Part shown: in pieces, positions 8,827-17,927 of the stretch | Layout of the letters: every line of letters begins with the position of its first letter | How positions within the stretch are numbered: position 1 is the stretch's first letter | Virus record (IMG/VR): IMGVR_UViG_3300017917_001342 | Span: 454,644-518,643 of that record | DNA: 64,000 nt | Reading direction: 5' to 3' (one strand) | Made by a program: the position numbers and the translations under genes | Notes under the pieces: generated by a model | Told to the model about the DNA's origin: nothing | Databases searched by the model: none | The model's input: the letters and a program-made list of their open reading frames with translations, nothing else

Positions 8827-10023
8827 TTACATGCTCGGGATAAGATCGGTGTAACGCTTGGTGAACTCAACCCAATTCTTGAGTTTCGGTGCGTTGATCG
8901 GCAGCTTGTAAAGACCGAGCACAGTCTTAGCAGCCATAACAGCCAGTTCGTCCTCAAAGTTGTCCATGATGAACCGGAAGAACCGGTCGGTCATCTCGTG
9001 GAACTCAGTGAACGCCTTGGGGTTGGTCTTCACGTCGCGGCTAGCATCTTGCAGTTCGTAGCACAGCGCAGTGGTCAGCGCATACATGATGTCGATCTGC
9101 TTGCTGTTCAGCTTGGTGACCTTACCGCTAAGAATGTCTTTAGCAGCCGGCAGGTTAGCAGCCTGTTTGCGATAAGTCATAAACTTAACGCCCGGACCTT
9201 CCCCAACGGTACCTTTGATCAAGTCACCCAGCACTTCGGTCGGAAGATCGGTGTCAACCAAGTCACCGTTGTCGTCGGGTTCTTGCAGCAGTTCGCTAGC
9301 AAAGTACCACGAACGCGGAGTTGCAAACGCATAGCTGTCGCCGCTGGGTTTGAACTGGTTCAGGTCGTTCGGTTGGAAGCTGAGGTAGCCAACAATGTCC
9401 TTGTGGACACGATTCAGCACAGCCCATTCTTGCCAATCGTCGAAGCTAACGTCCAGCGTCACGTGAGTGAAGCGGTTAGCCAGCGGCATCGGCATGTTGT
9501 ATGCAACACCCTTGTCCTTAACACGGTTACCAGCAGCAACGATAACCACATCCTTAGGCAGCGTGTAAGTACCAATCTTACGGTTAAGGATGATCTGATA
9601 GGTTGCAGCTTGAACGCTGGGCGGAGCCGCGCTCATTTCGTCGAAGAACACCAGCGCACGGCTGTTGGGATCAGTTGGCAAGTCCGACGGAGTGGACCAG
9701 CGGAAAACCTTGTCAGTCAGCGGCACACCAGATTCATCTTTAACAAGGTTACCGTCCTTGTCGTAGATTTTCACATCTGCCAGATACGGGATACCGCGCA
9801 TGTCAGTGGGTTCCATCAGCGGCAGACGAATGTCGATCAGCGGACGATTTTGTTCGCGAGCAACTTCGGCAACAATGTCCGATTTACCAATGCCCGGAGG
9901 ACCCCAAACGAACAGCGGACGCTTGCGATTCAAGCTATGGCGCATAGCCATCTTAAGGCGGGAGGGAGTGACGCTTGCAGTTTCAAGCATACGATTCTTA
10001 GTAGCAGTGTTAGCGTTAGCCAT
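8827..10023 (-). CDS. MoxR-like AAA+ ATPase
   Basis: Walker A GPPGIGKS, Walker B FFDE, AAGNR sensor, PLANRF Arg finger, TPRSW. Confidence 0.92.
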   Translation of the reverse strand: MANANTATKNRMLETASVTPSRLKMAMRHSLNRKRPLFVWGPPGIGKSDIVAEVAREQNRPLIDIRLPLMEPTDMRGIPYLADVKIYDKDGNLVKDESGVPLTDKVFRWSTPSDLPTDPNSRALVFFDEMSAAPPSVQAATYQIILNRKIGTYTLPKDVVIVAAGNRVKDKGVAYNMPMPLANRFTHVTLDVSFDDWQEWAVLNRVHKDIVGYLSFQPNDLNQFKPSGDSYAFATPRSWYFASELLQEPDDNGDLVDTDLPTEVLGDLIKGTVGEGPGVKFMTYRKQAANLPAAKDILSGKVTKLNSKQIDIMYALTTALCYELQDASRDVKTNPKAFTEFHEMTDRFFRFIMDNFEDELAVMAAKTVLGLYKLPINAPKLKNWVEFTKRYTDLIPSM

Positions 10024-10059
10024 CTTGTGTGTCTCCGTAGTGTTGTTGTCGATGAGTTA

Positions 10060-10087
10060 CATTTAGCACATTATTAGATACTGTCAA
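10060..10087 (-). promoter_or_regulatory. Putative sigma70-type promoter
   Basis: TTGACA-N16-(TGC)TAAATG upstream of the AAA gene. Confidence 0.45.
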
Positions 10088-10271
10088 CCACTTTTTTCTC
10101 TGTGGGTTGCAGTGTTTCTGTGTCAATCCATTGAGCGCAGAATGCTTCGGTGTAATCAGCATTGGGATTAGGACCGATACCAAACCGACGCTTGTAGCTG
10201 GCAACAAACTGTGCCCACAACTGCGGATTGCAGCTATAGCAGGGTTCATTGCAAGGGAATTCGTCAGTCAT
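10074..10271 (-). CDS. Hypothetical protein (Cys-containing)
   Basis: 65-aa ORF with CxxxCxxC-like PCNEPCYSC. Confidence 0.4.
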   Translation of the reverse strand: MTDEFPCNEPCYSCNPQLWAQFVASYKRRFGIGPNPNADYTEAFCAQWIDTETLQPTEKKVVDSI

Positions 10272-10332
10272 GTGCAGTTCGCTTTCTTAGTTAACAATTG
10301 AACTATACAGCTATTGCACCTAACAAAGCAAG

Positions 10333-10731
10333 CTAGTTTTTAAAGCCTATGTACTGTTGTGCGCTACCGTTGCACATTTGCAACTCGAAATGTATGGTAT
10401 GGTCAAACACTATAATAGTAGCGTCTTTATAACCCCATGGACCTTTCACAGCATTGTCCATGTTTAACAATACTTTACCTGTCATGATACGATTATCTTC
10501 ATGTGTGCTAGTGTAATGGTTATACATGCTAGTAAAGAGGTTTACACCGCGTCGTGACAGTCGCCATCCTTGGTTAACAAACAACTGCTGTCTCAACAGT
10601 ATGTGTTGTTTGTATGTGGGATCTTGTTCTTCTGTAAAGACCAATTCAGGCTGCGGCGACCGCAGCCCGTATTGTTTGATCCATGTCATTGGATCACTGC
10701 ATGGTATCCAATCTGTTAGATTATTTTTCAT
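10333..10731 (-). CDS. Hypothetical protein
   Basis: 132-aa ORF overlapping the upstream gene. Confidence 0.65.
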   Translation of the reverse strand: MKNNLTDWIPCSDPMTWIKQYGLRSPQPELVFTEEQDPTYKQHILLRQQLFVNQGWRLSRRGVNLFTSMYNHYTSTHEDNRIMTGKVLLNMDNAVKGPWGYKDATIIVFDHTIHFELQMCNGSAQQYIGFKN

Positions 10732-11011
10732 CTATCTGCTGACCGCTAGTTAACAGTACAACAGTGAATTTGTCAGTCTTAAACAGGCTGTTTAACTTTG
10801 TGCAAAGATTAAACGCATGTCCCGGATTACTAAAACTGACTTTGCGATATTTTGGACCTGGGTAACTGATCAAACTGTTTAGAGTGCGAAGATTGATCGG
10901 TTTATTCTCATAAAAAACTGCGTATATACCAGTGGCTTCTAATATTTCTTCAGCTTTGTAAGTCTTTGGATCTGTGTAAGAAAGTAACACATTTGGCTTT
11001 GGTCTTGACAA
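10721..11011 (-). CDS. Phage hypothetical protein (MSRPKP N-terminus)
   Basis: TTG start, AGGAG RBS, ATAAATA upstream; YRKVSFSNPGHA motif. Confidence 0.75.
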   Translation of the reverse strand: MSRPKPNVLLSYTDPKTYKAEEILEATGIYAVFYENKPINLRTLNSLISYPGPKYRKVSFSNPGHAFNLCTKLNSLFKTDKFTVVLLTSGQQIDEK

Positions 11012-11054
11012 TATCGTAACTCCTAGACAGCACGATATTTATCAATTACAGGGT

Positions 11055-11276
11055 TTAAAACCCTCCGCCATCCTGTTGAACTTCTGCACTGGCAATCTGT
11101 GATTGCAACTCAATTATCTGATTGGCCATGTCCAATTCTTTACTTAACAAGATTCCCAGTGCAATGCCCAACTGTTCTGCTTCTTGTATGGTAACACGTA
11201 TTTCTTTACTGTTTGCAGATTTTGCAACACGTACCTTGTCGAGAAAACTGCGTATTTGTAATGTGTCGTTATTCAT
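11055..11276 (-). CDS. Hypothetical protein
   Basis: ATGA-coupled ORF ending DGGGF. Confidence 0.65.
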   Translation of the reverse strand: MNNDTLQIRSFLDKVRVAKSANSKEIRVTIQEAEQLGIALGILLSKELDMANQIIELQSQIASAEVQQDGGGF

Positions 11277-11752
11277 AGTTTACTGACTCTCTTTTTCTGC
11301 GACATAGCATTCTGCATTTCTAGTTTACTGCGGAATGGTCCAATGTATGTGTTGTTTAATACAGTTTGTATTCTCGGACAGTAGCTAGGTGTCCATCCAT
11401 GATCAAACTCAATAGCAAAATAACCAGCAGCATATCTAGCTTTGCTTTTAGTTGCTTTGGTATAGGTAACAATTTCATCTTCTACAATGTCAAATGCTAC
11501 ACGATGTTTGATAGGATAGCCGTTTACCTCACCTATTTCATCACCATCTTCATTGTCAGCATCGCGAGATTCGATAGTTAGTGTGCCACCTAGATAAGAA
11601 CCTAGTTCGTCAGCACTTTCAAACAGTTTGCGTTCAACATTGCCGATGACTTTTAAGCCGTCTGCTGTTGCAACAACCAATGCAGACATAGTACCGTCTT
11701 TTGACAATATCCAACTGTTTTCAGATACGTCTTTTAATTGCCAATGTATCAT
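11273..11752 (-). CDS. Hypothetical protein
   Basis: ATGA-coupled to RNase H; YAAGYF...CPR...YIGPF motif. Confidence 0.7.
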   Translation of the reverse strand: MIHWQLKDVSENSWILSKDGTMSALVVATADGLKVIGNVERKLFESADELGSYLGGTLTIESRDADNEDGDEIGEVNGYPIKHRVAFDIVEDEIVTYTKATKSKARYAAGYFAIEFDHGWTPSYCPRIQTVLNNTYIGPFRSKLEMQNAMSQKKRVSKL

Positions 11753-12738
11753 TGAGACTCCATTTTAAGATTGCCTTCGTATAGCGAACTCAGTGTAGAC
11801 GAAAATTCACCTACTTGCTTTTCAATTCTTACCAACCCGTGTACATTACAGAAACGCATGAGATTGATACCGATTTGCTTACGAGGTTCTTTATTTGTAC
11901 TCTCAATAATAACTCTGTCAAACTTTTCAATTAGGTCAATTGGCTGTTGAGTTAGATCAATCAGTTGACGGTTGCGTTCGTAATCATCGCGAACTCGATG
12001 TTCAACATTTTCATGATCTAGCCATTTGCTAAGCATGAGATTATTCCACACATAGCCTTTGGTATGTCGGTCTTGAAATGCTGCTTCTAGTTTAGTTTTG
12101 CGAACACCTGGGAATGCACTCATCACATTGTCACTGTCGTCACCGCGCATGCACTTTTCAAACAGCAACCATTCTGGATTAGGTACTGCAAGATCTGCGC
12201 CCTGTTTGTTTTTAGCAATCTTCCCATCTTTATCGAAGATACCTTCGTGTGTGTATAGTAGACCTGCAATGCCGTTATAGATGACAACATTTTTAGCAAT
12301 CAACTGCTGGAAGTCGCTGTCGCTGCTGATAACAACATGCTGATCATCTGGATGCAATGCAATCCATCTTGCAATCATATCGTCTGCTTCTGCATTGGGA
12401 TGTCGTAGCACAGTACAATTAGTTTGATCAGTAACAAACTTTATAAATTCGTCCATGCTTTCAAAGAATACTTTGTCTTCTTCGACTTCACGTTCTGATC
12501 GCTTTGCTGCGGCAACTTTTCTGTTGGCCTTGTATGGCGGATAAAAGTCTTTACGCCAACTGCGACCTTCAAGGCAAAACACTGTATGTGTGCCATTGAA
12601 CTCGTTCCACACTTTTTTAACACTGTTGAAAATAATGTGAAGCGCCATACCAATTTGTTGGTCGATATCGGGTGCTCGAATACCGTGACGAACACGCATA
12701 AACAGATTTTGTGTATCGATTACAATGTAAGTTGCCAT
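11749..12738 (-). CDS. rnh: T4 RNase H-like 5'-3' exonuclease (PIN/FEN family)
   Basis: IDxxN, SWRKDFYPPYKANR, EADDMIA, SSDSDF, GDDSDNV. Confidence 0.9.
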   Translation of the reverse strand: MATYIVIDTQNLFMRVRHGIRAPDIDQQIGMALHIIFNSVKKVWNEFNGTHTVFCLEGRSWRKDFYPPYKANRKVAAAKRSEREVEEDKVFFESMDEFIKFVTDQTNCTVLRHPNAEADDMIARWIALHPDDQHVVISSDSDFQQLIAKNVVIYNGIAGLLYTHEGIFDKDGKIAKNKQGADLAVPNPEWLLFEKCMRGDDSDNVMSAFPGVRKTKLEAAFQDRHTKGYVWNNLMLSKWLDHENVEHRVRDDYERNRQLIDLTQQPIDLIEKFDRVIIESTNKEPRKQIGINLMRFCNVHGLVRIEKQVGEFSSTLSSLYEGNLKMESQ

Positions 12739-12765
12739 GTTATAGAATCCTGATTGCTAACGTAT

Positions 12766-12794
12766 ACTGTAGCACATTAACAATAGATGTGCAA
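12766..12794 (-). promoter_or_regulatory. Putative sigma70-type promoter for rnh
   Basis: TTGCAC-N17-(TGC)TACAGT. Confidence 0.45.
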
Positions 12795-12799
12795 CTGTT

Positions 12800-13390
12800 T
12801 TAATTGTCGGTTTTATACCAAAACCAGCATTCGTTAGGTGCTTGCTTTAAAAGGGAAAGATCCCAACCTTTGCTTTTGTACCAACTTGAAACTGCAAAAT
12901 TCACACTGAACAAATTGCTGTCATGCCCTGCAATAATGCCGCCAGTTCGTACCTTTGGATACCAACTGTCAAGGTCGGACAACACCTGCTTCATGCTGTG
13001 TCCACCATCTATAAACACAAAGTCGTATACATCGTCATCTAACATACTAGCAGCAGTTTGACTATCTTCTTTTATCAACTTAAAGCGATCGCCCATCAAC
13101 GGTATGTTTTTCAACAACACACGGTAGTTCAACTCTTGTTCAAGTTTGGTAATTGGTCTATCCCAATCAATGTATGGTTGGTAATGGTCAACACCTATCA
13201 GAGAACTGATATTCGGACATTCCTGCAACATATACCAACTGTTTATACCTCGATTGACACCTATTTCTATGCCAATTGCTGGATAAGGTAATTTCTTAAG
13301 TTCTTTCACAATGCCACGAGCAGCCTGCTGTTTGTATATCGCAGGCCAATCGGCACTTTCTAATAATGAGTTAATAGATTTGTCGTTCAC
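12800..13390 (-). CDS. Class I SAM-dependent methyltransferase (Methyltransf_24-like)
   Basis: IEIGVNRG, DFVFIDGGH, KVRTGGIIAGHD; TATAAATA 4 nt before the GTG. Confidence 0.88.
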   Translation of the reverse strand: MNDKSINSLLESADWPAIYKQQAARGIVKELKKLPYPAIGIEIGVNRGINSWYMLQECPNISSLIGVDHYQPYIDWDRPITKLEQELNYRVLLKNIPLMGDRFKLIKEDSQTAASMLDDDVYDFVFIDGGHSMKQVLSDLDSWYPKVRTGGIIAGHDSNLFSVNFAVSSWYKSKGWDLSLLKQAPNECWFWYKTDN

Positions 13391-13397
13391 ATAGTAT

Positions 13398-13934
13398 TTA
13401 TATTGGTTTTTGCCATAACCAACTGGTAACTATGCCATAACCTTGATTTGGTACAGACGGATCAACTTCCCTATGATCGGGTATCAATTCACAACAGGCC
13501 TGTTTGACGCCTTCATGTTGCGGATGATTGTAGTCATGTCCGCCCATCCATCCTCCGGGTTTTACTTTTGGCAACCACGCAGTGATGTCTTGTACAACAG
13601 CTTCGTACGAATGATCACCATCTATCCATACAAAGTCTAAACTGTGATCTTCGTATTCAGTTGCAGCTTCTGTGCTAGGAATCTGTTTGTGAGTATAGCG
13701 TCCACAGACTTGAATCAAATTGTTGTTAAATTCAGTTTGATAGCCTACGTCAACACAGTCTAACTTGATGTTCTTGCCGCTATTAATAATCTCTACAAGC
13801 ATGTATGCTGCACTTCTGCCCATGTAAGAACCGACCTCTACAAAATGTGCAGAGTCTGATACCTGTGCAATCATATCGTCGTAGATACCGGGATAGTCAA
13901 ACCATCCTTCGATTTTGTTATAAAAGTGTTCCAT
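13398..13934 (-). CDS. Class I SAM-dependent methyltransferase (Methyltransf_24-like)
   Basis: VEVGSYMGRS, DFVWIDGDHSYE, KVKPGGWMGGHDY. Confidence 0.88.
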   Translation of the reverse strand: MEHFYNKIEGWFDYPGIYDDMIAQVSDSAHFVEVGSYMGRSAAYMLVEIINSGKNIKLDCVDVGYQTEFNNNLIQVCGRYTHKQIPSTEAATEYEDHSLDFVWIDGDHSYEAVVQDITAWLPKVKPGGWMGGHDYNHPQHEGVKQACCELIPDHREVDPSVPNQGYGIVTSWLWQKPI

Positions 13935-13958
13935 TAACCTATCCTGTTAATGGTGTAT

Positions 13959-14552
13959 TTAACTGTGTTCTATCTTGCCATCGTCGCGACGTATTTTTCT
14001 CACTGTGGTGACAAAATCAGTATCAACAGGTTCCATTTCACTGAGAATACTGTTGCATACATCGTTCAACCAACGAGAAATAATGTCATCTTCGGCACCA
14101 GTGTAGCCATTACTTTGTAGATATTCTACAAACGCAGGATTGTAATCTAACTCAAAAAATGTCTTGCTTGGATCAGTGGGATCCCAACTGATTTTTGGCA
14201 TTGCCATATAGGGTTCGTTTAACAGATCAGCACGTTTACGATCATACTCTTGTTGTGCAATGCGACTATGCTTGAGATCAAGATCTAGCTTTGCAAGTTC
14301 TGTGGCATTTGGATTATCTGCATTATCAAGTTCTAACAGTTTCAATTCTGCTAGATATTGATCAATACGACCGTATTGCAGATCAATTTTAATCACTGAC
14401 CTTGTAAATTCTCTACTGTCTTCACCGTGCTCAATCTTTGCAAGTTCCACAGCAAGATCGTAGCCACTGAGATTGTATTCTGCTTCGGCAATCAATCTTG
14501 ATTTGCCTTTTAAGCCCCAACTTGCAGGCAAATATTTAAACGGTATTTTCAT
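13959..14552 (-). CDS. Hypothetical phage protein
   Basis: 197-aa ORF with FFELDYN..F...L...GY.G..D..I..W motif. Confidence 0.7.
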   Translation of the reverse strand: MKIPFKYLPASWGLKGKSRLIAEAEYNLSGYDLAVELAKIEHGEDSREFTRSVIKIDLQYGRIDQYLAELKLLELDNADNPNATELAKLDLDLKHSRIAQQEYDRKRADLLNEPYMAMPKISWDPTDPSKTFFELDYNPAFVEYLQSNGYTGAEDDIISRWLNDVCNSILSEMEPVDTDFVTTVRKIRRDDGKIEHS

Positions 14553-14563
14553 TATGAGTATCC

Positions 14564-15436
14564 TTATGCCAGACTAGCATACAAGTGTATTTGCAAGTTT
14601 AGAGTAAATCCATACTTGACACAATATTCTGCTGCATATTCATGGTTGCGTTGATTAGATTCTGCGTTAAGCAGGCCCGGGGTCCAGAATGAAACTACTT
14701 CGTCAATAGTGCTGCGCTCTTGCATAGTTGTCTGGTTAGAAGTTAGTCGCAGTTTCTTTGATGCAAGTGGTACTTCGTTATAGACATTCATTGGACTTAC
14801 ATAGATTTCTTTGCCTGTCTTGTTGCGCCACTCATGCGCCCAATCCGGTACCTCTGCATATGGAGAACCTTCTGTAGCTTCCATAACAAATTTCAAACAG
14901 TCTGCACGTTCGAGTATTTCTGGACGCGGTTTCAAATACCGCACTGCAATCTTATTCTTTTCTAAACATTTTGGTGAACATACTAACACAGTGGACGCTG
15001 GTATAGCTGTATTCTGTGTACCGTTTGATTCAATCTGAGTTTTAGTAAAAATTCTGTCCATGTATTCTAAAAACGGACCAATGTTGTCTTGCAGCATTGG
15101 TTCCCCACCTGTCATAACAAGCACCATTTTTTTACGAGCAACGTCGCTATGATGTGTCCATGCAGGCCTATCTAGTTTTTTATCTGTGTAGAATTGCTCG
15201 ATTGTCTGTTCTACACGTTCTGCGATCTGATCAAATGTTAGCCAATCACCGTCGTCGAAGAATGTATCACAGAATTGACAATCTAAGTTACATTTTGCAA
15301 GACGAATAAAGAACGCAGGTTCTCCACGAAAGGGTCCTTCACCTTGCAGTGTCATAAACATACTAGTTACAAACAGTTGATCTTTGCTTGCGTCTTTAAA
15401 GTATTTTTTACCAATGATTTCGTTTGTACCAAACAT
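14564..15436 (-). CDS. queE: 7-carboxy-7-deazaguanine synthase (radical SAM)
   Basis: F.TLQGEG...G.PA.FIRLA.CNLDCQFCDT, TGGEP, IESNGT, CSPK, LQIH. Confidence 0.9.
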   Translation of the reverse strand: MFGTNEIIGKKYFKDASKDQLFVTSMFMTLQGEGPFRGEPAFFIRLAKCNLDCQFCDTFFDDGDWLTFDQIAERVEQTIEQFYTDKKLDRPAWTHHSDVARKKMVLVMTGGEPMLQDNIGPFLEYMDRIFTKTQIESNGTQNTAIPASTVLVCSPKCLEKNKIAVRYLKPRPEILERADCLKFVMEATEGSPYAEVPDWAHEWRNKTGKEIYVSPMNVYNEVPLASKKLRLTSNQTTMQERSTIDEVVSFWTPGLLNAESNQRNHEYAAEYCVKYGFTLNLQIHLYASLA

Positions 15437-15439
15437 GTT

Positions 15440-15625
15440 TTAACCTTTGTTATCTATTGTATGATTATGTGCTACATCGTCTGATATATCAAGTGTATCT
15501 ATAGAATCCCATCCAACTTGGTCCATTGAGTCTAAAGATACAACTAATTCTACCAGATCATTACCGTCTTTGACCTGTATTACCCAACGTCCGTCTTCAA
15601 GTTTATGTGGATATGTTTTCATCAT
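15440..15625 (-). CDS. Hypothetical protein
   Basis: Small ORF in an operon-like run. Confidence 0.45.
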   Translation of the reverse strand: MMKTYPHKLEDGRWVIQVKDGNDLVELVVSLDSMDQVGWDSIDTLDISDDVAHNHTIDNKG

Positions 15626-15836
15626 CTTTACTCAAAATATATAACAGTTTAACTTGTGCGATCATTTCAGCCAATGCAGTATTGGTTTCAGCGGCAGCAA
15701 GAATATCGCGCCACTGCGGTTCTTCCTGTTTAGGCGATGTTGATTTGAATCGGTCTAGTAGTGGCCCTGGTAGAAACCCAAACTCTCTAGAGTATACTGT
15801 TTTGCCACCATCTGGACTTTCGTAGATCTTAGGCAT
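15603..15836 (-). CDS. Small phage protein (IYESPDGG motif)
   Basis: Likely ATG at 15836 (MPKIYESPDGGKTVYSREFG). Confidence 0.65.
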   Translation of the reverse strand: MPKIYESPDGGKTVYSREFGFLPGPLLDRFKSTSPKQEEPQWRDILAAAETNTALAEMIAQVKLLYILSKDDENIST

Positions 15837-16038
15837 TAGGTCCAACAGGGCCTTCTGTCTTAGCCTTGCGAGCAACTACTCTACCGTGGTCGTCTGTGTC
15901 CCATTCAATGACATCACCTTCTTGCCATCCAAGATGTGCAATCATTTCTTCTGGAAATGTGATATACAGTTCGCCGTGTTCATCTTCTTCTACTGTGCCA
16001 ATAAATGTCACTGCGTCTTGGTTTAGGGTCTCGGGCAT
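15829..16038 (-). CDS. AbrB/MazE/SpoVT-like DNA-binding protein
   Basis: GELYITFPEEMIAHLGWQEGDVIEW swapped-hairpin signature. Confidence 0.7.
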   Translation of the reverse strand: MPETLNQDAVTFIGTVEEDEHGELYITFPEEMIAHLGWQEGDVIEWDTDDHGRVVARKAKTEGPVGPNA

Positions 16039-16442
16039 TGATCTGAATCCTTGGTTAATGCATGATATACTTTGGCTTCGTTTTTTAAACGTTCGTAATC
16101 ATCTGCATGTTGTTTCATAGTGTTAATCGCAATGTTCATAATATCTGCAATGGCATCGTCCAACACTGCGTCATACTTATCGCCAGCTTCTCTCAGGGGT
16201 TCGTAGGCATTTTCTAGAGCTTTGTCTCTACGCAGTATTCCCATCATGCGTTCAATGCGTTCTAATCTATCGAACACACCGTCTTTGACTTGATTACCTG
16301 TTGTCATTCTATAGATGTCTCCATCTTGTAAAGTAATACCACTGCGAGTTATATCAACTGTGGTAAGTGCAGGTTCCCAGCCATTGGTTGTGAGAATAGA
16401 ACCTTCTATTAGATTAGCGGGTACTGTTATTACGCTAGTCAT
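16023..16442 (-). CDS. Hypothetical protein
   Basis: ATGA-coupled ORF with coiled-coil C-terminal half. Confidence 0.6.
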   Translation of the reverse strand: MTSVITVPANLIEGSILTTNGWEPALTTVDITRSGITLQDGDIYRMTTGNQVKDGVFDRLERIERMMGILRRDKALENAYEPLREAGDKYDAVLDDAIADIMNIAINTMKQHADDYERLKNEAKVYHALTKDSDQCPRP

Positions 16443-16738
16443 CCGTTCCTCAGATGATGCTGCATTATGATACTGGAAACTTCTTGTCCCAGATCTTTAT
16501 CTTCGCTGATAATGTAAAGTTCTGATTCATATCTATCACGTTTTGAATCATACCAACTAACCTGTGCAACAGTACCACCGTTTGCAGTGTGAAATTTAAA
16601 ATTTGCACTGCTTCTGGTACTGAGGTCATCATCAACAGCAGATGCCTTAACAATGCCAGATGATCTGCTGTTAGTAAGACGCTGATTGTCCCAGTCTTCG
16701 CGTATCCATTTAATCACTAGTTTTTTTAGAAAATTCAT
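16439..16738 (-). CDS. Hypothetical protein
   Basis: ATGA-coupled to folE; ANGG.V...YD..D.....LYII motif. Confidence 0.65.
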   Translation of the reverse strand: MNFLKKLVIKWIREDWDNQRLTNSRSSGIVKASAVDDDLSTRSSANFKFHTANGGTVAQVSWYDSKRDRYESELYIISEDKDLGQEVSSIIMQHHLRNG

Positions 16739-17430
16739 CTAGGTGCAAACTCCTGTTGCAATTTGATATTATCAAAGAATTCTTTCTTAGTACCGGTGTC
16801 GTGATTAAATGCACCTTTCAACACTGTGGTTTGTGTTAGGCTGCTGTGTGCCATAATACCACGATTTTCGCAACAGCCATGTGTTGCCTGAATATACACA
16901 CCTACGTCTTTACTGCCGGTGGCTTTCATAATCTCCCTGGCTATATCGTTACAGAGTTCTTCTTGTAGTGTACCACGTCGAGCACACCACTGTGCAATAC
17001 GAGTATATTTGCTAAGTCCAATTAGTTTTTGTGCAGCAATAATACCGATATATGCAACACCAGTTACTGGTTGATGATGATGGCTGCAAACGCTTTTGAT
17101 TTCACTGCGTACTACCAACATACCTTCGTAACGGTCTTCGCTGTCGTTGGGAAATGCAGTTGGATTGGGAGACTTATCATAACGTCCTGACATCAGTTCG
17201 TTATAATACATCTTAGCAAGCCTGCGTGCTGTGCCTTTGCTGTTTGGATCTGTTTCTTTGTCGATTAACAGAGTATCTAACACTGCTTCAAATGCCAGTT
17301 CGGCTTCGTCAATCAGTTTCTTTTTTATGTCTTCTGTAATGAATTGAGAAATGTTATCACCTGCCCAGTATCTTGTACCAGATGATTTGAGTTGTTCGCG
17401 AATTTTCGCGCTAACGGGATAGTTTGTCAA
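16735..17430 (-). CDS. folE: GTP cyclohydrolase I
   Basis: TARRLAKMY, SVCSHH, GLSKYTR, LQEE, HGCCENRG. Confidence 0.95.
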   Translation of the reverse strand: MTNYPVSAKIREQLKSSGTRYWAGDNISQFITEDIKKKLIDEAELAFEAVLDTLLIDKETDPNSKGTARRLAKMYYNELMSGRYDKSPNPTAFPNDSEDRYEGMLVVRSEIKSVCSHHHQPVTGVAYIGIIAAQKLIGLSKYTRIAQWCARRGTLQEELCNDIAREIMKATGSKDVGVYIQATHGCCENRGIMAHSSLTQTTVLKGAFNHDTGTKKEFFDNIKLQQEFAPR

Positions 17431-17487
17431 TATTGTCTCCGATGGTAAGCAGTGGATTGCTAAGAACTTCTTAAGTTACTTAAAATG

Positions 17488-17516
17488 ATTATAGTCTAAA
17501 ATAGTAGTCAATGCAA
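17488..17516 (-). promoter_or_regulatory. Putative sigma70-type promoter for the folE-queE run
   Basis: TTGCAT-N17-TATAAT. Confidence 0.6.
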
Positions 17517-17522
17517 CATTGA

Positions 17523-17927
17523 CTACACTCTTAATTTTGCGCTGGCAGACGACACACTGATCATGCCATTATACGAGCCTGTGCCACCGTTGGTAATACT
17601 GCTAGATGCACCAACTGCACCCATTGCACCAATTGATGCTAAGTTATAGTGTCTGTCATGCCACAGTGTTTGTTGTTGATGTTCTTCAGTCTTTAGTTTA
17701 GCTTCTACTGGATCACAGCCAGTATCTAGCATAAATGTAACGATTCTGCGCATTCTGTTAAGTCGTTGGTATAGTTCTTCACTAGACTCTTGTAGATCAC
17801 TCATTAAATGATTAAATCGTTCTTCTTCGTCTTTTATTCGTGTTTTAATATTTGCAAATTGTTCAGCAGCTTGACGGTATTCTTCAAAATACTGTTCTCT
17901 AGCAGCAACTCGTTCTTCGTTGGTCAT
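17523..17927 (-). CDS. Hypothetical coiled-coil protein
   Basis: Likely ATG at 17927 overlapping the upstream TGA (ATGA). Confidence 0.6.
   Translation of the reverse strand: MTNEERVAAREQYFEEYRQAAEQFANIKTRIKDEEERFNHLMSDLQESSEELYQRLNRMRRIVTFMLDTGCDPVEAKLKTEEHQQQTLWHDRHYNLASIGAMGAVGASSSITNGGTGSYNGMISVSSASAKLRV

Noticed and set aside
8800-10077. 425-aa ORF antisense to the MoxR ATPase
   Set aside because: No recognisable motifs. It mirrors the biased codon usage of the real gene on the opposite strand.
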